Shown here: positions 38,001 to 44,045 of the stretch, piece after piece
Layout: each line of letters opens with the position of its first letter
How positions within the stretch are numbered: position 1 is the first letter of the stretch
Origin: Nemertoderma westbladi
Lineage: Eukaryota; Animalia; Xenacoelomorpha
NCBI GenBank assembly: GCA_032718475.1
Contig: JAUCBJ010008656.1
Coordinates: forward strand, 1 to 44,045
Reading direction: 5' to 3'
DNA: 44,045 nt
Made by a program: the position numbers and the translations under genes
The notes under the pieces: generated by a model
Databases searched by the model: none
What the model saw: the letters and a program-made list of their open reading frames with translations, nothing else
Told to the model about the DNA's origin: nothing

Positions 38001-41000
38001 CGCCACGTTTTTTAACATTTGGTCGGATGAACAAAAGATTACCACTACTAGATAGCCCTGCTTATGGGCTTTCTTCCGATACCTCATATCCGCCAGTTTG
38101 GCATCCCCAACGCCCACACATAAGGTTTTCCCACAGGTATGCTTCACAGTATAACAATAACTGAATCTCAAGACTTCGGCTGCAATATTCCCACACCCCA
38201 TAAACTTATATAAATGGTTTTTCGTTACTTCGTTTTAGTATCAACGGATTGCTATAGACCAACTGTGGAAGAAAATAACTATATCTTACTCTTTTAACTA
38301 CATCGGATTGCCAGACCCACTGTGGAAGAAAATAACTATATTTTACTCTTTTTAACTACAACGGATTGCTATAGACCAACTGTGGAAGAAAATAACTATA
38401 TCTTACTCTTTTAACTACATCGGATTGCCAGACCCACTGTGGAAGAAAATAACTATATTTTACTCTTTTTAACTACAACGGATTGCTATAGACCAACTGT
38501 GGAAGAAAATAACTATATTTTACTCTTTTTAACTACATCGGATTGCTAGACCCACTGTGGAAGAAAATAACTATATTTTACTCTTTTTAACTACAACGGA
38601 TTGCTATAGACCAACTGTGGAAGAAAATAACTATATTTTACTCTTTTTAACTACATCGGATTGCTAGACCCACTGTGGAAGAAAATAACTATATTTTACT
38701 CTTTTTAACTACAACGGATTGCTATAGACCAACTGTGGAAGAAAATAACTATATTTTACTCTTTTTAACTACAACGGATTGCTATAGACCAACTGTGGAA
38801 GAAAATAACTATATTTTACTCTTTTTAACTACAACGGATTGCTATAGACCAACTGTGGAAGAAAATAACTATATTTTACTCTTTTTAACTACAACGGATT
38901 GCTATAGACCAACTGTGGAAGAAAATAACTATATTTTACTCTTTTTAACTACAACGGATTGCTATAGACCAACTGTGGAAGAAAATAACTATATTTTACT
39001 CTTTTTAACTACAACGGATTGCTATAGACCAACTGTGGAAGAAAATAACTATATTTTACTCTTTTTAACTACAACGGATTGCTATAGACCAACTGTGGAA
39101 GAAAATAACTATATTTTACTCTTTTTAACTACAACGGATTGCTATAGACCAACTGTGGAAGAAAATAACTATATTTTACTCGTTTTAACTACAACGGATT
39201 GCTATAGACCAACTGTGGAAGAAAATAACTATATTTTACTCTTTTTAACTACAACGGATTGCTATAGACCAACTGTGGAAGAAAATAACTATATTTTACT
39301 CTTTTTAACTACAACGGATTGCTATAGACCAACTGTGGAAGAAAATAACTATATTTTACTCTTTTAACTACCATCTTTATTTGGATATTTTTTATGACGT
39401 GGAAAACTTTTCTACTCCGGTATTCATTCGATTCATGTTATCAAATTGGAGAAACTTATTTATTAATGAATTTATTATTTTAATTTATTATTATTAATTT
39501 ATTATTAATTATTTATTTATATTTCGTATTTATTATATTAAGAAAAATAGCCGTTAACTCCTGTCCCGTTTATTAATTTTTCGCACCTTGCTCATGAATT
39601 ATGGAGTTTATATAAAATGGCTACTTTTATTCCTAAGCCTAAGTTAATAAATATTTCTTTTAAATATCAGTGTGTGCCTACCATGTGCTTCAGATGTAAT
39701 GTACCACTATGTGTCCTCGACTGCTTTGAAAACTATCATACGAAAAAAGTTTATGGTACAGATGATAGCCAAATTAACTCTGACTCTGATTAACTGTCTA
39801 TATAACTGATTAAAACTGTTTGTCTAATTGTCTGTCTTAGATGTTTAACCGTTTATCTTGTATATTAATGTTATTATATTATAAAATTATTATATTATTA
39901 TATACATGTTATACAATATTATTTAATAATACTTCAATACAATTAAAAAAAAACAATTTTCTCCTTATTTTAATAAAAAGATTTTTTTACATAAACATCT
40001 AAGTAATTATAAAATCCAAAGAAAAACGCTGACCAATTGGGATAAAACTCATAAAAACATCTCACAAAGTCAGACAATACTTACTAAAACACAAATTTGT
40101 GTTCATACCAACTCGAAGCGTAGTTTCTAAAATAGTTAGACCAGCTCGTGACATAAAAGTGTAAACACATATTTGTGTTTTTACTAAGTCAATACAACAA
40201 CGAAATATATACAGGACCAAGTCAACATTGTATTCTGAAAACAAAAATATGTGTTTATACAGTACCAGTTTAAGTGTTAAATGGATGTCTTGTACTGAAA
40301 AATTTATGTTTTGCTTTTTGAGCTGCAGTTTATCGTGTCCTTTTTTTGGGCTATGAATCGTCCTTATTTTTCCTTTTTTTTGGGCTGTGGATTGTCCTTT
40401 TTCTCCTTTTTTTTCCTCGAACTTACCGGTTGAGGGGAGGGGGGTGCTGGTGCTGGAATTAGTAACATCTACAACTCTAGAGTAAGGGTACGCTAGTATG
40501 AAGATCTATCTAACTTGTTCCAAGAATTCTATAGCTATTGTCCCACTTCCAGCTATTGAATTGGGATCATCTGAAGTACCAAACAACCGTCCGCCTGTTT
40601 CCATGGCAACTTGTTTAGCAGCAGCAGATCTAAAACTATCTTGTTCTTGGCATTGGGTAACCATCCCACCGTGATTAATGATTGCGTCTCTGGTACTGAC
40701 ACTTTGGCCAATAGCAATGTGACACGGTACACTGAGGAGATGACACGATGTAGCTAAGGCCCGTCCAGCATTGCCACTAAATAAAAGGAAGAACTCTTAA
40801 TAGTAGTGAATAATTTAAGTAAGAAACCGTAGCGGTAGGTATACAGGGGGTTGAACTCCATCAGCTGCATGGAAAAAATATATTTTTAAGTGCATTGTCC
40901 ATGTCCATTGTGCCACAAAGTGGTGTAATAAATAAAGAATTAACAGAATTTAGCTAATTTTTGGTAAGTAATGTATGAGTATATTTTTTCCTATGTTTTA

Positions 41001-41436
41001 TATCATTTAGATCTTGGAGTTGTTTTCATAACCTGTTCCCTTCAACAAGCTGCTTTGCGCGGCATAAAACACCAACATAATGTTATTTATTCTTGGGGGA
41101 GATATCCAATTATAATTATATTAACGAATTAATTAATTATTAAAACATGAACCGTACCGGTTAGGTAGGCCTATGTTTTACTGTAACGCACCTTGAACTT
41201 AACACTATTGTTTGTTGACCTTTTCCCTCCTCCTTAATTTTTCGTACAGCGTTATAAGCATTGCGAAATTTAAAGGATCCAGTTTTCTGAAACAATTCGC
41301 ATTTAAAATGAATCTGGTATCCTGAGAGTTGATTTAGACGCGTTGAGGTCAGTACTGGTGTACGATGGACGACGTCCTTGAGATATTCGGCAGCTTCTTT
41401 AATGTCGTTGTAGGAAACAGCGTAAACCTTGTCCAT
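28922..41436 (-). CDS. SRR: Serine/aspartate racemase family PLP enzyme, 5 exons: 41436-41192, 40776-40515, 29668-29514, 29377-29237, 29090-28922 (972 nt, 323 aa)
   Basis: All four introns GT-AG and frame preserved; motifs HRTPVLTS, FKCELFQKTGSFK, SSGN, IAGSGTIAIE, AAEP..DDC.QSK, TIAD, TWPIIRDLVD, LVWE.MKL.IEP.AGV, GGNV. Confidence 0.93.
29237..29377 (-). CDS. SRR: Racemase exon 4
   Basis: LMPITKDPDTIADALRSNITQTTWPIIRDLVDHVVTVSEDEIKYAT; cag/gtaaac boundaries. Confidence 0.9.
29514..29668 (-). CDS. SRR: Racemase exon 3
   Basis: VPNLDVIIASVAGGSLISGIAVAAKQIKPTIKIVAAEPALGDDCSQSKLNN; tag/gtgag boundaries. Confidence 0.9.
29689..33652. repeat. Intronic minisatellite, mixed 57- and 63-bp units, roughly 65 copies
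   Basis: ACATCCAAGGATTCATTCAAACCTATCTTCCTTGTAGTA[GGCCTA]CCCGTAGATGATCCCGGG and variants. Confidence 0.97.
35870..37355 (-). mobile_element. Decayed RTE-like LINE reverse transcriptase fragment
   Basis: ASGVDGVP, VPVPKKG, FRGISL, QNGFRKGR, FVDFFKAFDSV, GVLQGDTLAPFLF, LDFADDL spread over three frames. Confidence 0.92.
37740..37893. repeat. Short compound tandem repeat
   Basis: GTATGGTTTTAATCCATACTTTTAATTGTACGTC twice and GTCCTATATGTGCCCTTTGTA three times. Confidence 0.7.
38241..39371. repeat. 60-bp tandem repeat, about 19 copies
   Basis: CAACGGATTGCTATAGACCAACTGTGGAAGAAAATAACTATATTTTACTCTTTTTAACTA; shorter variants alternate in the left third. Confidence 0.97.
39671..39793 (+). pseudogene. 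piggyBac transposase C-terminal cysteine-rich domain remnant
   Basis: Manual translation CVPTMCFRCNVPLCVLDCFENYHTKKVYGTDDSQINSDSD*, matching C-x2-C-x-VPLC-x3-CF-x2-YHT. Confidence 0.75.
40515..40776 (-). CDS. SRR: Racemase exon 2
   Basis: GNAGRALATSCHLLSVPCHIAIGQSVSTRDAIINHGGMVTQCQEQDSFRSAAAKQVAMETGGRLFGTSDDPNSIAGSGTIAIEFLEQ; ttag/gttaga boundaries. Confidence 0.88.
41192..41436 (-). CDS. SRR: Racemase exon 1 with PLP lysine
   Basis: MDKVYAVSYNDIKEAA...HRTPVLTS...FKCELFQKTGSFKFRNA; donor AG|gtgcgt. Confidence 0.92.
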
Positions 41437-41746
41437 TGTGCAGTAAAGCTACTCTACTTTAACACGCAATCACCTTTACTTACATCAAGAATGGAATAAC
41501 GAAACGGAACAATAATTTAAAAATAATTAAATTTTCATTAATTTAGTAAACGATATTTTTTCGTTTCTGCGAAATATCCTTAGTTCCGTTTCGTGGCCAC
41601 CCTGATTTACACTTCGGGTTAATTACTCATTATTAATAAGTATGACGCGAGATATAATAGGCCAGACAGCATGGTTGGACACCAACTAAACCTAACCGAA
41701 AAACAACGCGTTAAGCGCAATTGTATCCCTAGGCCTACATATAAAT

Positions 41747-41995
41747 AGACAGATAGGGGGGGAAACTGGAGGCAATAAAAATTTATCCCTCTCCAGGGGA
41801 AAATGGACGCAAATAACAGCTGATTACTCTCAAAAATAAAGCTGTAACCTGTTTTATTGTGTTTAGTTTATTGTTTTGGTTAAAATATCGTGCCACTGTA
41901 ACCTGCTCCTTTCCCTAAATTGAGAATTTAACATTGAGGCGGGATATTAATTCGCCTAGGCGGGTTTTGCGTCAAGTTTCCCCCCCCTGTCTCTA
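41747..41995. mobile_element. Small TIR element carrying a degenerate copy of the 21.8-23.4 kb repeat unit
   Basis: AGACAG..GGGGGGAAACT versus AGTTTCCCCCCCCTGTCT; internal TTATTGTTTTGGTT...CTGTAACCTGCTCCTTTCCCT. Confidence 0.6.
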
Positions 41996-42799
41996 AATAG
42001 ATTAAAGTCAACAAAGTCAACTTATTTTCCTAAAAAAATGTGATTTTTAACTCCAAATACATTATATGGATAGGAAAATACATTATTATTCTGGTTGATG
42101 CATAATATTCTAGCAGTACTGAACAGACATTATTTCACAAGAAATAAATGATTATATTTCCCTTACGACCGATTCATTAAAGATAATTGTTTTAAATTAA
42201 TTCGCGTAGTCTGTAAATCGCGCAATCAGGGTTTATCACGTTGGTTTTATGCAATTATGTAAAATTGCGCACCAGCTGCAACACCATATGTACGAATAAC
42301 TCTTTAAACAGATAATTATTAAAATTTCTCAATAATTTACAATAACTGACAGAACAGTTTCACAATTCACACAAGTAATTAGGCCGACTAGTTTACCCCG
42401 GTTACATTAGTGAGATACACTAATTTGGGACTTGCCGGGTAATTTATTCCTTGGAGAACAGGGGAAGGAGAGAATGCAAATAAAATTCCCCACCCCCCCC
42501 CCCCCCCCCCCCCCCAGTTTTGATAGCGAAGTTATCTTAGTTTTAGTTAGGATAGGATCAGCACTCCCAGAAGACTTCCGTCCGCATTCACAATGGGTAA
42601 TCCTGGGTATGACATCATCAACCAGCTGTCTATTGAACTCGCTTTCTTAAAAACTTCAAATCAAACTCATTTTCTCTAGTCGAACCATGTGAAACAGAAA
42701 TTATCTTTTACTTATTAGACATAAAAATAACTGCTCAACTTTTGATGATTTTCCTGTAAACCTCGTTATACTTGCGGCCTATATGTTAGCTTAGCACCA

Positions 42800-44045
42800 C
42801 ATTTAACATATTTAATCTGTTTTTCAATCAAAAATGTTTTTTTCCCAGATATTTTAAAAAAGGCCAAAATTATCCCAATTTTTAAATCCGAAGATCCAAC
42901 AGATAAAAAGAACTAACCGTCCCATATCTATTTTACCAATTTTCACCAAAATTTATGAACGTATTATCAACACACATACACTAAGGCTGTAGCTTACCTA
43001 AACAAATACGAATTATTATCTCCATCACAGCACGGATTCCGTAAACAAATTACTACTATCGACGCACTCCTTACCATTACAGAACAACTACTGGAATCTC
43101 TCACAACCAGAGCTCCGCCTGCTTAATCTCAGTAGACCTCAATAAGGCTTTTGACACAATAATATGTAGAGACTCCTTAAAAACTGGAACTCTATGCGGT
43201 ACCCCCCAGGGATCGATCTTAAGCCCGATTATATTTTTTATACATCAACGACCTACCGAACTGTACTAAATTACTGGATACACTTTTTGCAGACAACACG
43301 ACCCTACTTTACTGTAACAAAAATACTCACACACTTATTTGTATTGTTAATGCTGAACTACGGAAGCTTAATGAATGGCTCACGGACAATAAACTCTCCT
43401 TGCATCTAAAAAAAAACAGAAGACACGTTCGCGGGGCATCGCGCAGCACGCGAACTTGAGCAAGTTCTAAACAAGTTCGATTTGATCTGGAGTCAAAAGT
43501 TCGAGAGGTATTTGCCCGTAACTTTCAAAAATATGGGAACCTTTTCTCTAGTATGCCCATAGAAAATTGAGTTGAAAATGGTTAAAATCTTCAAAAGTTA
43601 CTTACGAATGAATTTTTCATTATAGACGGACAGACAGACAGACATAAAATTTTGCCCTATTTAGTAATTATAATTGTGCGCTAAGGCTCGCCCTGACTGC
43701 GTGGCTCGCCCCACATTATCTTGGACAATCGCAATTCAAATACAATAATTCCGGATGTAAGCCTTCATTCAACTTACTCCAATAACTAAAACTACGGCAT
43801 AAAATTTTCTATGAATCTACTTAGACAATAAAATAAACTGGAAAATTCACTGCAACCATGTATTAGCAACAATATCAAAATTATCCGGGATCTTCTTTAA
43901 ACTGAGACACATTGGATTCTACCTCTTGATATTCTTAGAACTCTTTACTTCGCTCTAGTACAACCCTTATATAATATACGGAATACCTCTTTGGGGAAAT
44001 AGTAACCACTGCTAAAAAATCAAAGTGCAAGTTAACAAAATAGTT
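42800..44045 (+). mobile_element. Heavily decayed CR1/L2-group LINE RT region, interrupted
   Basis: Fragments FPDIFKKAKIIPIFKS, SQHGFRK, DLNKAFDT, PQGSILSP, YINDL, NEWLTDNKLSL, ISKLSGIFFKLRH across frames. Confidence 0.8.
43414..43712 (+). mobile_element. Short non-autonomous insertion, possibly Helentron/HINE-like
   Basis: Interrupts the LINE; 5' hairpin GTTCGCG...CGCGAAC, (GACA)n microsatellite, GGCTCGCCC twice at the end. Confidence 0.4.

Larger units (their letters stand above)
34785..40280 (+). mobile_element. piggyBac-like transposon relic with nested insertions; left end approximate
   Basis: Right end CAGTACCAGTTTAAGTG|TTAA; inverted match TGGTACTGTAGAAACACAAATTTTTGTTTT near 34800; AACACAAATTTGTGTT motifs at both ends; Cys-rich transposase tail at 39671. 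Confidence 0.6.

Noticed and set aside
38675-39367. 230-aa repeat protein
   Set aside because: Translation of a 60-bp satellite whose neighbouring units break frame.
41161-41191. End of the 91-aa ORF
   Set aside because: Read-through into intron 1; homology resumes in exon 2.
1-44045. Frequent ACCGGT and TAGGCCTA words as a signal, and species assignment
   Set aside because: They appear across unrelated elements; enrichment and taxonomy cannot be judged without counts or database searches.

Overview
Repeat-rich animal (probably invertebrate) genomic DNA. It holds two host genes: an intronless FCS-zinc-finger/4xMBT chromatin reader of the MBTD1/L3MBTL2/Sfmbt family (24037-25740, +), and a 5-exon serine/aspartate racemase-family gene (41436-28922, -, 323 aa by my manual splicing). 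The racemase's ~10.8 kb second intron carries two tandem arrays, a piggyBac relic and an RTE-like LINE. The first 17.2 kb is an LTR-retrotransposon nest: the 5' half of one BEL/Pao element, a decayed Gypsy fragment, and an internally deleted BEL/Pao element with an extra unknown ORF. The rest is LINE fragments, fold-back MITEs and a tRNA-derived SINE head. Main result: neither BEL/Pao element has a TGG-type tRNA primer-binding site. Instead, the 11-12 nt directly after the 5' LTR are perfectly complementary to a segment inside the element's own LTR, and two positions co-vary between the two elements. This is the geometry of Tf1-type self-primed reverse transcription, here in a BEL/Pao element. 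Secondary results: the MBT protein has lost its methyl-lysine aromatic cage, and the racemase has an unusual GTS specificity loop. All calls come from manual reading; no searches were run.
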